Positions 1-12,747 of a stretch of 64,000 bases of DNA are shown piece by piece. The notes under the pieces were generated by a model. That model ran no database searches and had not been told where the DNA came from. It worked only from the letters and a program-made list of their open reading frames with translations. Made by a program: the position numbers and the translations under genes. The stretch comes from Octopus sinensis (Eukaryota), in contig NC_043010.1 in NCBI RefSeq assembly GCF_006345805.1, positions 21,762,001-21,826,000 of the forward strand. The letters run 5' to 3'. The first letter of the stretch is position 1; each line of letters opens with the position of its first letter.

Positions 1-149
1 ATTACCGGAGTCATTATTGTTGCTTATTTTGATTATAATCACCCCACGGATTTTTATGGACAACACCATACAGAATGCTGGTGCATCTAAATTAAGTACC
101 ATATTCATTTGAATCTAAATTTTTGCTGAACTTACATATATATATATAT

Positions 150-563
150 TACTCTTTACTCATTTTACTTGTTTCAGTCATTTGACTGCGGCCATGCTGG
201 AGCACCGCCTTTAATCGAGCAACTCGACCCCGGGACTTATTCTTTTTGTAAGCCCAGTACTTATTCTATCGGTCTCTTTTGCCGAACCGCTAGGTAACGG
301 GGACATAAACACACCAGCATCGGTTGTCAAGCAATGCCAGGGGGACAAACACAGACACACAAACATACACACATACATATACATATATATACATATATAC
401 GACAGGCTTCTTTCAGTTTCCGTCTACCAAATCCACTCACAAGGCATTGGTCGGCCCGAGGCTATAGCAGAAGACACTTGCCCAAGAGGCCACGCAGTGG
501 GACTGAACCCGGAACCATGTGGCTGGTTAGCAAGCTACTTACCACACAGCCACTCCTGCGCCT
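150..563 (-). mobile_element. tRNA-headed SINE, family A, with internal (TA)/(TG) microsatellite
   Basis: Minus strand head GTGTGGTAAGTAGCTTGCTAACC...CCGGGTTCAGTCCC has box A/B-like motifs. Body is near-identical to copies at 26340, 31709 and 34205. Ends in a short tandem tail. Confidence 0.85.
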
Positions 564-595
564 ATATATGTATACATGTATTATATATGTATATG

Positions 596-626
<31 letters not shown>

Positions 627-872
627 ATATCGAAACGTTTAGTAGATGAAATCTTAGCGACTGAAGAAGGGGATTTTTCATTGTGCTTATTGTCCTGTAT
701 CTCTCCCTTTTTTTTGCTTGTCTTGTTCCTTGGTTTGTGTCTATGTGTTTCGTCTCTCTATGTGTTCGACGTCTTTTTGGTGTCCTGTACACATATATGC
801 GTGTATATGTACATGTAGAGGTAGGTACGTACATATATGTTTATATATATGCATATATTCTATTTTATTAAC

Positions 873-907
<35 letters not shown>

Positions 908-1169
908 TGTGTGTGTGTGTGTGTGTAAATGAAGTTAGTGAAAAAGTAGAAAGGTTGAAAGTATGGCTGAGATGTCTACTAAGCGTAAAGTTGTTGTTAA
1001 CAGAAACGAATTATTAATTTGAGATGCGTGCGAGAGGAGAAGCGATTTGTTAAGGAAGTTCGGGAAAAGAGATAGAGAAAAAAAAAACAAATCTGAAAGT
1101 AGTATTATGCACCTATACTTTGATTTTGGTTTTAATATCATATACCAATCGTTACCCCATCAGCGGCGT

Positions 1170-1325
1170 GTCTTCAGACTTTATGTCCGGAGTACAACCC
1201 CAGCTTGTGTCGACTCTGCAGTTCATCCTTTCGTTATCGATAAAATATATACCAGTTGAGTCTATGTAATCGACTTATTCTCTTCTCCGAAATTGCTGGC
1301 CTTGTGAAAAAATTTGAAAGCAATA
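1170..1325 (+). mobile_element. SINE family B fragment
   Basis: Shares GTCGAC...TTCATCCTTTCG...GATAAAATA...AAATTGCTGGCCTTGTG...TTTGAAA with the other family B copies. Confidence 0.7.
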
Positions 1326-1977
1326 TCATACATTTATTCTAATGCAACTGTATTGTTTGTTTGTCTTTTCTAATTTTAGAAATTAGTCGCAGTTGTGGAT
1401 ATTTATGCCAACAAAGAGCACATAGTGGGACCGCTCGAAGCTATCAATCGTGTTATAATGAGATTTGTAATCCAACAAATTCTCCATAGTCGTAATTGTT
1501 GATCACATGCTGAATTAAAAAAATGCAAAAATATTGCTCTAAATGTAATAATTTGAAACAGCAGGAAATTGGCAATGGTATTGTTACTTAACCTGTCTGC
1601 GGCTCGTGTCTCGTCACATTGGCTTTTGGGCTCTACTCTGTATAAGATCCACGATATATTTTGCAGATTAAAATGATGCATCTAGTTTAATTATAATTTA
1701 TATGCCGTTACTTATTTATGAAATAAAACCGAATTGACGTTGAGTACCTCGCTATGTTGCAGCTAATTTGAACAGAAAAGATGGAATAAAACAAGATTTT
1801 CATTGGATTGAAATTTCTGACTTTAGGGATGACCTTGAATTTCTAAAGTAATTCTTTTAGAGACAGAATGACAGTAAATCCCTCAAATTATATTTTCTTC
1901 GGTCATTTTACTCCTTCTCTTTGAAGATTAATGCATTCCTTTGGTGCATAAAACAAAAAACAAATTTAATTTTGATA

Positions 1978-2180
1978 AGTTGGTGGAATCCTCAGCACGC
2001 CGGGTAAACGGGTTACCAGCATTTCGTCTGTCATTACGTTCTTTGTTCAAAACCTACTGAGGTCAGCTTTGCCTTTCATCCTTTCGAGGGTCGATGAAAT
2101 AAGTAGAGTAATGGGGACGATGGGATGGATTATCTCCCTTCCCCGAAATTGCTGGCCTTGTGCCAAAATTTTGAAATCAG
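1978..2180 (+). mobile_element. SINE family B, degenerate
   Basis: AGCACGCCGGG...TTTGCCTTTCATCCTTTCG...AAATTGCTGGCCTTGTGCCAAAATTTTGAAA matches the family B copy at 29947. Confidence 0.75.
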
Positions 2181-2536
2181 TGTTTTAGATTATCGGCTAT
2201 TGATTTGTTCAGGGACCTTTTGTGCGGGATGGGCTACTCGACGTGATGAAAATTCTAACTGGGCCCCACTTGCAAGGTCATGCGGTGTTTATCATGCTAG
2301 GAGATCACCATGTCGTGCACATATGGTTGTGATACATGTACCTTCTCAGACGGGTAGTCCTGATGAGGACACTGGGCTTCGTATATTTTACACCAGTCTC
2401 ACTTTCATGGCATGCACTGCTAGAAAATAGTGTTGCTAGGTTCCGCACACATTTTACGTCGTGTACTCTCCATGAGATAAGGACTTGCTGGGAACCTAGG
2501 GTCAAGGAAAAACAACGGGCCACATTTTATTTAGAT

Positions 2537-2537
<1 letters not shown>

Positions 2538-2623
<86 letters not shown>

Positions 2624-2628
2624 ACAGC

Positions 2629-2718
<90 letters not shown>
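2538..2718. repeat. compound (AAC)n/(AGC)n/(AAT)n microsatellite
   Basis: Directly visible. Confidence 0.95.
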
Positions 2719-2719
<1 letters not shown>

Positions 2720-2720
<1 letters not shown>

Positions 2721-3660
2721 TTTTATAGTTTTGTCGGTACGTACGAGGAAGTCCCAGAGAATCGACACATTTTCCCCCTCAGGATGGCATTTATAGTATT
2801 TGTCAGCGGTTTTGATTTTATAATGCCGACATATTGTCCAGTGTAAATACTGGCCGACACTGTGATGCCTTGCTTTATATTCTACAGGTGGTAAGACTCT
2901 ACACCTTGAGATTAGTTACAGAATCGGTATTTTGGGTCAGCTGCATTTTTTATCACATTAGCTTTGTAGTTCCGGGCTAATAGGCTTTGGCCTTGAGCAG
3001 CTAATATGAAACCTTCACTCTCTGCTTTTAGCCCTGAGCTTCGTAACCATTGATGCATGTGTTTCTGGTCGACATCAGCTTGTTTACTAGGGGCCATGCA
3101 GGGGTTTCTGTTCCATCTGCTAGCTAAAACCCGATATTATCATAAAAGATCAGACAAAAAGGTGTATTTATTAATTGACATGAGTATTCCTTGCGATCAC
3201 AATATAGCGGCGAAAGAATTTGACAAATCAGTAAATATAAAGACCTGCTAATAGAAATTGAAAAAATGTGGCATCTCAAGGCGACTACAGTACCAGTGAT
3301 TGTAGGATCTCTAGGAATGATAAAAAAAGCTACTGAAACCTATTTGAAAATGATACCAGGCTTACCATCCGTACAAGAAGTGCAAAAAATTGTGTTAATT
3401 GGAACTGGAACATGTACTGAGAAGAACATTATCGCTGTGAAAACAACATCCATTCATGAATTTATTTATTTATTAAGTTTTTAAAATATACATTTACCTG
3501 TGAATTTGCGTGTGTAATCTGGAATGTATACAATGAGATTCTCTGCCCTAGGCGTGCGGAAAACACTCGGCGAGAAATGGAAGAAAATTTGAAGAAAGAA
3601 GGAAAAACAGCAGCAACAAAAAACAACAACGACAACAACAACAACAACAATAATAATATT
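2720..3660. mobile_element. 5'-truncated R4/Dong-like (RLE) non-LTR retrotransposon with inverted 5' segment
   Basis: Minus 2723-3120 reads HQWLRSSGLKAESEGFILAAQGQSL...ILWDFLVRTDKTIK. Plus 3121-3420 reads KPDIIIKD...LIDMSIPCD...MWHLKATTVPVIVGSLGMIKK (restriction-like endonuclease). A 3' UTR and (AAC)/(AAT) tail follow. Confidence 0.85.
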
Positions 3661-3665
3661 AATAA

Positions 3666-5770
3666 GATCAGATACTGATCAACAGAGCCATAACTGTAGA
3701 TAGCCGCCGAAAGATGAAGGGTTTAAGTATGGCCTGGATCGATTACCGATAGGATTTTGATAGTATTCCTCACACATAGATTCTAGAAACTCTAGTCATG
3801 AACAAGGTAGAACCAATAATAATAAAGTATATAAAACGTTTCATGAATAAATTGCAAACAGTGTTACAGCTCTAAACAAGAGAGGTTTCATAAAATCCAA
3901 ATTCATTCCCACTCTTTTCTGCTTGGCGCTGACATCTTTATCTGACGTGATAAACAGAACTCTATGTGAATACAACTGTTACGGCAAAACAGCCAGTCAC
4001 CTCTTATATATTGATGACCTAAAACTGTACGCTACTAATGGTAAACAGCTTGGAACATTACAACAGACGGTATATGGATATAATAAACAAGAAATTTAAC
4101 TTAGAAAAATGTGCCAAAGCAAACTTGAAAAGCGGAAAACTGGTTAAGAGTAGCAACATCACACTAGATAAAGCAAATGAAATAAGAGAATAAGATCAAA
4201 ATCAGACATACAAATACTTAGGCATCAATAATCATCATCATCATTGTTCGACCGTGGTCGAGACAGTGGAATTTACCATGCTACGCCAGACTTCCCGGTC
4301 CATCATAGCATTACGGAGGTCCTGTTGTTGGATGCGTGTATCCCTGGAGATTACATCAGTAAACTAGATACGCTACAATACACAAAAAGGAAAGAGAAGA
4401 TAAGAAAAGAATACCATAGACGAGTTAGATTAATAATGAAAACGGAGCTCAATGTTAAAAACAAGGTAATAGGTATCAACACTCTAGCCGTCCCAGGAAT
4501 AATTTGTAGCTACAATATTCTTAATTGATCTCTAAATGCACCAATCAAAACAGACAGGAAAACAAGAAAAATAATGATAGGATTTAGGATGCAACACTCA
4601 AATTCTGACATAGAAAGGTTATATATACAACGTATGGAAGGTGATAGAGGCCTTATGCAGCTGGGAAACTTAAAAAGTAACCGCAATAGGACTACAGAAA
4701 TACCTGCATCAGAATCAAGGGAAAGTAATACAAATAGCCACAAAACACGAACAAAAACAAACCAAAAAACTGTTTTCAATTTTTAAGGAAGCTGACAAAT
4801 ACAGAAAAGAAGTCATAGTACCTAACAAATATGATAGAAAAGAAGAAACAAGAACAGCGGTAAAACAACTGAAATCCAAACTAAAACTGGAACAGCAACG
4901 GGTCATGATAAAAGGATGGCAAGAAAAACCCCTTCATGACAAATACTGGGTTAAACTAAACAGAAAAAAAAAAGAAATAGACAAAGCAAAATCCCAGCAG
5001 TAGCTGAGATGCTCAGGACTCAAAGTAGAAACTGCAATATTTTCATTTGCAGCACAGGATCAAAGCCTTCCCACTAGAAATGAAAATAAATACAAGTAAC
5101 TGAAGAATATGTGGAAATAGAGAAGAAACAATAAATCATATTGTCTCTATCTGCCCAGTCCTGATTAAGAAGGAATATATTCACAGACACGAGAGTTGGG
5201 ATCTATATACACTGGAAGCTATGCCAACACTATGGAATAACAACAGAAAAATGATGGTATAGGTACACACCAGAAAAGGTCGACGAAGATGACAAAGCAG
5301 CCATAGTTTGGGATAAGCCAATACAAACAGATTGAGAAATTAAGGTCGATAGGCCGAAAATAGTTGTCAAAGAGCATAAAAACAATGCTTTCTAATTGAT
5401 GAATCAATACCAACAGATGACAATGTTTCTTTAAAAGAAATGGAAAACTTTCAAAGTATAAAGATCTGGAAATAGAGGTAACTCGAACGTGGAGTCTAAA
5501 AACAGAAACAATACCTATCATAGTAGGCGCATTAGGTATGATAAAAAATATTCAGACAAATACATAAGAAAAAACAACAGGATTAACAAATATATATAAC
5601 ATACAGAAAATAGCACTCCTAGGCACCGCACAAATCCGACGCAAAACACTTTCAATACAGTAAAAATAAGAGCATCACAGCAAACCACAGCACATAACCA
5701 AGGCACACAGAGCTGCGCTCGGTAGTGCAGTGAAAGCACGTGATAAAATTAAGACTACTGAATAATAATG
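3666..5770 (+). mobile_element. decayed R4/Dong-like (RLE) non-LTR retrotransposon: RT, CCHC and endonuclease
   Basis: Fragments AWIDY..FDSIPH, HLLYIDDLKLYA (YIDD at 4007-4018), IERLYIQRMEGDRGL, CGNREETINHIVSICP, RPKIVVK...KYKDLEIEVTRTWSLKTETIPIIVGALGMIKK. Many stops and frameshifts. 3' end runs into TAATAAT. Confidence 0.9.
4230..4360 (-). mobile_element. short 3' end of an RTE-like LINE nested in the RLE element
   Basis: Minus strand reads DVISRDTRIQQQDLRNAMMDREVWRSMVNSTVSTTVEQ* then an (ATG)n tail. It interrupts the host frame YKYLGIN / LDTLQYTKRKEKIRKEY. Confidence 0.6.
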
Positions 5771-5991
5771 GTAATCCTTTCTACTGAAGGCACAAGGCCT
5801 TGAATCTTTTGCGGAGTGGGGACTAGTCGATTACATCGACCCCAGCATTTCACTGGTACTTGATTAAACGACCCTGAAAGGATGAACGGCAAAGTCGACT
5901 TCGGTGGAATTTGAACTCAGAACGTAAAGACGGGCGAAATACCACTGAGCAATTTGACCGGCGCGCTAATGATTCGCCAGCTCGCCGCCTT
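5770..5991 (-). mobile_element. SINE family B, near full length
   Basis: Minus strand head AAGGCGGCGAGCTGGCG... and box B-like GAGTTCAAATTCC; matches 29947-30120. Confidence 0.85.
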
Positions 5992-5992
5992 A

Positions 5993-6025
<33 letters not shown>

Positions 6026-6753
6026 TAATAATAATAGTAGTAAAACAATTGTAATAATAAAAGGTCCATAATAACAACAACAGCTCAAAATCAAGGAAAC
6101 GGTTGTAGAAAATGGTAAATAATGGCAAAGAAGGTAAGGACGATAAGTGCACCAACTATGACGAATATAGAAAAGCTGGACAATAAATACACGAAATAAG
6201 AACAGCAATGCAACATCATTAAGAATAAAAAAAATAAAAAAAGAGCACTCAATGCAAAACCATAACAACACAACAAGCAGCAAGCATAATATTCCAGCAG
6301 CAACATTAAAAAGAACAACGTTGGGCATCGATGAGAGAGACGACGACGAAATAGACGTAGAAGTTATAAGAGGCACGAAATAAATAAAACAAGCAATGCT
6401 AAGAACAGTAGCGACAGCAGTAGAAGCAGCAGCAACAACAACCACAGCGGCAGCAGATGTTGCAGCAGGAAGAACAAAACAATCAGTAGCAACGGTTGAA
6501 ATGCACGAAGAACATGTGATAGTCGAATGAACTTTAAGTGTGACAGAAATTTTAAACAGAAGGACAGAACGAAAAATGAACGCAATAAAATGGCGCCAAA
6601 GACGTTAGAATTTGCTATTTTAGTTTGAAAATATGAAGTAGGAGAGGGCAAAGTAAAAAGATTAACTTAATCTAGCTACTTAATATGCTTATTTTCTTAC
6701 GTTTGCCTTTCTTCAATAGGCACGTAGACACACACACACACACATAGGTATAT

Positions 6754-6862
6754 ATGTGTGTGTGCCTGTCTCTATGTATATGTATGTGTGTATATATATA
6801 TATATATATACATATATACTTTATGCTTTACGTATATATATATGTGCATATATGTATATATG

Positions 6863-6919
<57 letters not shown>

Positions 6920-6945
6920 TACTTTATGCTTTACGTATATATATA

Positions 6946-7006
<61 letters not shown>

Positions 7007-7054
7007 TGTATAAATATGTATTCATACGTACATATACATACGTATACATACATG

Positions 7055-7091
<37 letters not shown>

Positions 7092-7116
7092 CTATAGGTA
7101 GATATTATTTATAGAT

Positions 7117-7200
<84 letters not shown>
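6754..7200. repeat. (TA)n/(TG)n/(TAGA)n compound microsatellite with an internal ~40 bp duplication
   Basis: Directly visible; CATATATACTTTATGCTTTACGTA occurs twice. Confidence 0.95.
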
Positions 7201-7603
7201 TTAAGGTTGAGGTTTGTTTATACATTCACATACATGTCTATAGAATACGAGCGCAGAAATAGAATTGGAATTATGGAGAGATGCAACAAAATGAGAATCG
7301 TTATTCCATCTTTAGTGATGTTATATTTTGTTGTTTGTTTTTCCCTCGTCTTCGTCTGTGAGTTAATAAATATACATTATGCAGCATTGGCCATTATCAA
7401 TTCGTAAAGACATATACCATCATGGAAGCAGGTTCGTTCAAGTAAAAGCGCACACGATACCATACACACAATAAAGGTTCGTACACGTAAACATTTATAT
7501 ATTCTTCTAAATAGAATATGGTGTGGCAAATAAACAAGAATAGAAAAGAATGCATACATATATACATATATGTGTGTGTGTGTGTGTGTGTGTGTTTGTG
7601 TGC

Positions 7604-7658
<55 letters not shown>

Positions 7659-7659
7659 T

Positions 7660-8300
7660 CACCGTGATTATCTTTCGTAACGATTCGGTAAAGAAATCGT
7701 TGCTTGTGTCAATGAGTTGAGCGGTGACGAGCGAGCAAACTAGCGGAGATTGTAGCCCGTTAATTTTTTTTTTTTGCTGTCATATTTATAGCATGCGGAA
7801 CTCATGCTCCATACTTCTAAACCTTTCCCATCGAGTGAAGATGTTTCTCTATAGCAGTGTCGTAGCATTCCATTTACTCTGCCAGTTCCCTTGTCGTTTG
7901 GCGAGAATTTTCGTGCAAAAGTTGGTTTAGTCGCTCTTCATCGAACTCAACTGGACTACCAGAACGAGGTGCGTCTTTGAAATAAAAAATTTCCATTTTT
8001 GAAATTGGCATACCAATCACGAGCAGTTCTTTCAGCTATGGTAACCTCCCCATACACAGCACAAATGTCGCGAGCAGCTTTTGCGGCCTTAGAACCTTGA
8101 TTAAAAACAAAAAGAAGGAGGTGTCGAAAATGCTCGTTTTTCTTAACCTGACATTCCATTTTAATAATCTGAAAATAAACAAAATTCAATTAAAATTAAA
8201 GAGAAACAAATTATTCCAAAATGATTCAAAAATAGAATTCTTGGAAAAAATAGATTCCAAAATTAAAAAACGGTGGGAACTTAGTTGCCAAACCAATTTA
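7660..8300 (-). mobile_element. mariner transposon 5' half: TIR and N-terminal transposase
   Basis: MECQVKKNEHFRHLLLFVFNQGSKAAKAARDICAVYGE (HTH), then AWVPHA and RFLYRIVT. TIR-like TTGGTTTGGCAACTAAGTTCCCACCG near 8270-8297. Truncated at a microsatellite. Confidence 0.85.
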
Positions 8301-8659
8301 TAAGTATAAAATAAAGTAAATGGATGTACAAGTTTCCATGCTCTTTATTCTTATTAATATATGTGTGTCTGTGTGTATGCAAACTTGGTTATAATGGTAT
8401 AAAGCTTACATTTTTTCCTTTGTCTTCGCAAAATGCCTTGCTCACGATATTTCTATATACAAGGGTATAAACACATGGACTGCGAACCTTATCTGTTCCA
8501 TCCGTTAAACATGGCTAAGTTCTCTCCAACTACCCACGCTTGAAATGCTATATTATATAATGCTTTCAGTTGGCAGTGTAGCTAATATATTTAACATATA
8601 CTCAAAGAAATGTACTGAGCATTTTAAATTATAATTAGAACGTTTGCACAAAGCCAATA

Positions 8660-8835
8660 GATTGCGTTTGAGAGTGTAAGTCGACTAAACCGACCTCAGT
8701 GCGCAACTGGTACTTATTTCATTGACATCAAAACGATGAAAGCAAAGTCGACCTTGGTGGGGTTTGAACTCAGAACGTAAAGACGGACGAAATGCCGTTA
8801 AGCATTCTTCCCGGATTACTTACAAATCTCTCGGC
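8660..8835 (-). mobile_element. SINE family B, degenerate
   Basis: GAAAGCAAAGTCGACC...TTTGAACTCAGAACGTAAAGACGGACGAAATGCC shared with the family. Confidence 0.75.
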
Positions 8836-9459
8836 TCACCGCTCTATTTTAACACATAATATTGTTTTCAAATTTTGGCACAAGGCCAGCAATTTTTCAT
8901 CCAGTTCACCGCCATTGTTTAATATATAATAGTCATATACGAAATCTGTAAGAAAATTCATTACAATACTCTTCAAAGAAATTAGCTCCACAATGTCTCT
9001 GTGGTGTTTGAAATTGTTAGTCGATCCTTTGTATCCTACGCGTATGGTAGTGGAGGCACATGGCTTAGTGGATAGGGGACAATTTTCAGTTAAGATATAT
9101 CGTTCCTCCTGCACAAGTCAAAATACTCGAAGTGATGGGTCAAAGAAGTCATCGTATGCCGCTTCTAATTCCAGGACAGTTTATATGGGACTCTTTACAG
9201 AAATTTCACGAAACACTGCAGTGGTCAAATCACGTTATGACTCACCCCGTCAGAGCAGCAGGGTGGGGAGATACTGCCCAGCATTATCTCATCTATTTAC
9301 AATGGTGGAGGGGACAAAATCTGTTTAATTTACCGTGACAATTTTCGCATAGGCGGAAATGGTGAAATTCTCTCTGCTTGTTTGCATAGATACCACTTAC
9401 CTTGCCTCGCGAAATGTTTGAAAAAGATACGCAACTGACCGGACTCTATTTATATTCTT

Positions 9460-9650
9460 TTCTATTCTAGGCACAAGGCCCGAAATTTTGGGGGAGGGGG
9501 ACAGTCGATTAGAACGACCCCAGTACGCAACTGATATTTAATTTATTGACCCCGAAAGGATGAAAGGCAAAGTCGACCTCGGCGGAATTTTAACTCAGAA
9601 CATAAAGACAGAAGAGATGCTGCTAAGCGTTTCGCCCGGCGTGTTAACGT
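9460..9650 (-). mobile_element. SINE family B
   Basis: GGCACAAGGCC...GACCCCGAAAGGATGAAAGGCAAAGTCGACCTCGGCGGAATTT shared with the family. Confidence 0.8.
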
Positions 9651-9854
9651 TAGATTGTGGTTTCGATTCCAGGATCGGGCGACGTGGTGTGTTCTTGACA
9701 AACAACTTCATTTCCTGTTGCATAGGTTCGCTCAGCCACCCAAAATGAATAATCCTGCGATGGATCTGAATCTGGTCCAGGCGAGGAATATATACGCCAC
9801 GAAAAGCGAGAAACCGGCCCTTGTTTGACTCAAAAATGTAACTTTATCTTTGGG

Positions 9855-10075
9855 GACGCGTGTGGCTTAGTGGTTAGGGGTGTTGGGCTGATGAATTTAA
9901 GATTGTGGTTTCGATTCCTGCACCGGGTGACTTTATTTCACGTTGCTCCAGTCCACTCAGCCGGCAAGAATGAGTTAATCCTCCGACAGACTGGCGTCCC
10001 AACAGACTAAGAATGTAAACCGAGAAAGAGGGCTTAATGGAACGGTATGACTTGGCAAGCAAACTTTACCTTTAC
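9855..10075 (+). mobile_element. tRNA-headed SINE related to family C
   Basis: Box A TGGCTTAGTGG, box B GGTTTCGATTCC, core ACTTTATTTCACGTTGCTCCAGTCCACTCAGC also at ~24230, and a TTTACC-type tail. Confidence 0.65.
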
Positions 10076-10479
10076 TTTACCCGTATGGCAACTTTACCGT
10101 ATGGCAACATTTCTTCAAACTAATGTTGCAAGTTTTTCTGAAGTGAGATATAGTCATTTCCAGAAGCCAACGGAATAATTTAATGCGCAGAAATATTCAC
10201 TTCCTGCTTATGTATTTCCAAATGCTTGGAAATTTCTGCTTGAAATCACTTGTTCAATGATGAGCCTGTAAATAGTTGATTGAAGCAGGAAAATCAAAAG
10301 AAACATGAAAATAATTCGATTATTTTTCACCACCGCTTTTAAAGACACTTAAGAACAAAAAGTTCATTTTCTGATCTGTTTTTATTATGTTTTGCACGCA
10401 CAATTAAACACAAATGGAAAATTTATATATACACATACAAATCTGGTTTATACTTACGTATTAATAAGCAGGCAAATAT

Positions 10480-10526
10480 ATATGTACATATATATATATG
10501 TGTGTGTGTGTGTATATATATATGTA

Positions 10527-10621
<95 letters not shown>

Positions 10622-10626
10622 TATAC

Positions 10627-10666
<40 letters not shown>

Positions 10667-10696
10667 GTACATATATATATATGTGTGTGTGTGTGG

Positions 10697-10730
<34 letters not shown>

Positions 10731-10816
10731 ACATTATATATACATACATATATGTATTTATGCATACATGTGTGTGTGCGTATGTACACACACACGTACA
10801 AACACACACATATATG

Positions 10817-10855
<39 letters not shown>

Positions 10856-10905
10856 ATAAGTATATACATGCACTCACACACACACACACACATACATACA
10901 CTCAC
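10480..10905. repeat. (TA)n/(TG)n/(CA)n compound microsatellite
   Basis: Directly visible. Confidence 0.95.
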
Positions 10906-11504
10906 ATTTTTCTTCCGCCAATAGTCCTACTTTGCATAATTTATTCTAAAATTTACATCGTTACAAGTTCGCACTCAATGTTCGCAAATTGGTTACATCG
11001 TAAATCAATGAATTCTCTTCGGTGTTCCATCTGAACAAACAAACGTTTATTAAGATTACCAAGCATTTTTGTCATACGGTTCCTCTGTACTTAACATATA
11101 TTGTTTTCAAAACTATGAAATCCTGTTAACTATATACACACGCTCTGGTTCTGTTCACGACTAGGCGTTCGGCCGAATATATCGGCATTGACGTAGCAAC
11201 ATTTGAAATATTATCCAGGTAAATCTAGCTGAACAAGACAAATTTACAATTACAAACGTACTTGAAGAGTCCGAAACCAAGGTACCAAATTATCCGATTC
11301 AGGGTTGTCCATTTATCTAATGCTCTTCCTAGAGGTACGACGAAATTTTTTTATGTTCGCTGTTCTCACACGTCTTTGCTAGAAAATATACAATGAGATT
11401 GAACTACTGTGAAGATCCCTTCACAAGAAACGGGAGTTTGCCTTATTTGATATCCACCTACGTGATATTGAGCAATCATTCTCAATGTTTAATATTAGAT
11501 CGGA

Positions 11505-11604
<100 letters not shown>

Positions 11605-11699
11605 CATCTATCCATCTATCTATATATCTATCTATCGATCCATCTATCCATCTATTTATATATCTATCTATTTACCTGTATATATATGTATATATATAT

Positions 11700-12320
11700 A
11701 AATTTAAATAATAAGGGTGAAAAATTGAATATTAATCTGATTAATTTGAATTTAAAACCAGTGGCCTAGCATATTGAAAAATCTGAAGATTTAGAAAAAT
11801 TATATGATTACATATATATAAGAGGGATGACCACTTAGTGGACATCCATTTCGCTAGATGTAGACCCCATATGGTCTGACCACTAAGAATCGATTGCTCT
11901 CAAGAAAATTCAGCCAACGCCAGAACGTAAGCGAGCAAGACAAATGAAAGGATTGAAAATATAAAGATTAATCACAAATCCGGTTTCATTGCTACCACTT
12001 ACGTAATATTTACGTAAATGTCCGCAATTCATCAGTGTGATCGTCACAGCAAAATATAATTTGCAGAACTATACACGAGACGTCCGCATGAGATTGAACA
12101 CGTATATTGTTCTACCAATTAGATTTGGGGTTATATTTCAAAAGTCTTCGTTTTTGGCGCGCCGAAATACCGGAAATAATTCTGCAGAAAATAATTCTCT
12201 GCAGTAAATTTTACGGTTAGAGAACATGGTTATTTAAAATTTAAATAATAAGGGTGAAAAATTGAATATTAATTTGATTAATATCAATTTAAAACCAGTT
12301 GACTAGCATATTGAAAAACT
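11700..12320 (-). mobile_element. probable PLE terminal repeat (pLTR) region with ~85 bp direct repeats
   Basis: AATTTAAATAATAAGGGTGAAAAATTGAATATTAAT...AGCATATTGAAAAA occurs at ~11700 and ~12238, with a hammerhead-like motif between them. Confidence 0.5.
11970..12041 (-). ncRNA. hammerhead ribozyme-like motif, type I
   Basis: ATCACA-CTGATGA-ATTGC..GCAAT-GAAA-CCGGA-T-T-TGTGAT: 6 bp stem I, intact core, 5 bp plus extended stem II, imperfect stem III. Confidence 0.55.
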
Positions 12321-12366
12321 GGGTTTGTGATTAATTTGGAACAGCCGCAACGGCAACAATCATTAC

Positions 12367-12576
12367 TACAACATATGCCACTGGTAGACCCGCAAAAAAT
12401 CTTCCTTTCACACCTTCACATCAAACACGGCATCATGAAAAAACTTCGCAAAAGCAATGACACGATGGTTATGGCTTCCAGTACCTAAAAGTGAAAATTC
12501 GGTTCAAAGAAAAGTGATGCAAAACTGAAAGTAGGTATTTTCATTGGATCCGAGATAAGAGAATTGATGTCTGATA
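12367..12576 (+). mobile_element. Chapaev-like (CMC) transposase fragment
   Basis: With frameshifts reads PLVDPQKIFLSHLHIKHGIMK-NFAKAM..DGYGFQYLK..KSDAKLKVGIFIGSEIRELM, homologous to 18268-18480. Confidence 0.7.
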
Positions 12577-12602
12577 CATATACACACTTAAATAATGTAA
12601 TA

Positions 12603-12666
<64 letters not shown>

Positions 12667-12690
12667 CACACGCACACACACACACACACA

Positions 12691-12744
<54 letters not shown>

Positions 12745-12747
12745 GTA

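Noticed and set aside
620-700. CGAAACGTT followed by CTGAAGAAGGGG, a possible permuted hammerhead; similar arrangement at 16770-16840 on the minus strand
   Set aside because: The order would require type II topology, and I could not form a convincing stem I or stem II.
2355-2405. CTGATGA followed by an ACTGG/CCAGT stem
   Set aside because: There is no GAAA after the stem; it appears to be a SINE 3' fragment.
6000-6650. Hydrophobic ORFs 5990-6445 and 6364-6651
   Set aside because: Degenerate AAC/AAT/AGC low-complexity sequence with no recognisable domain.
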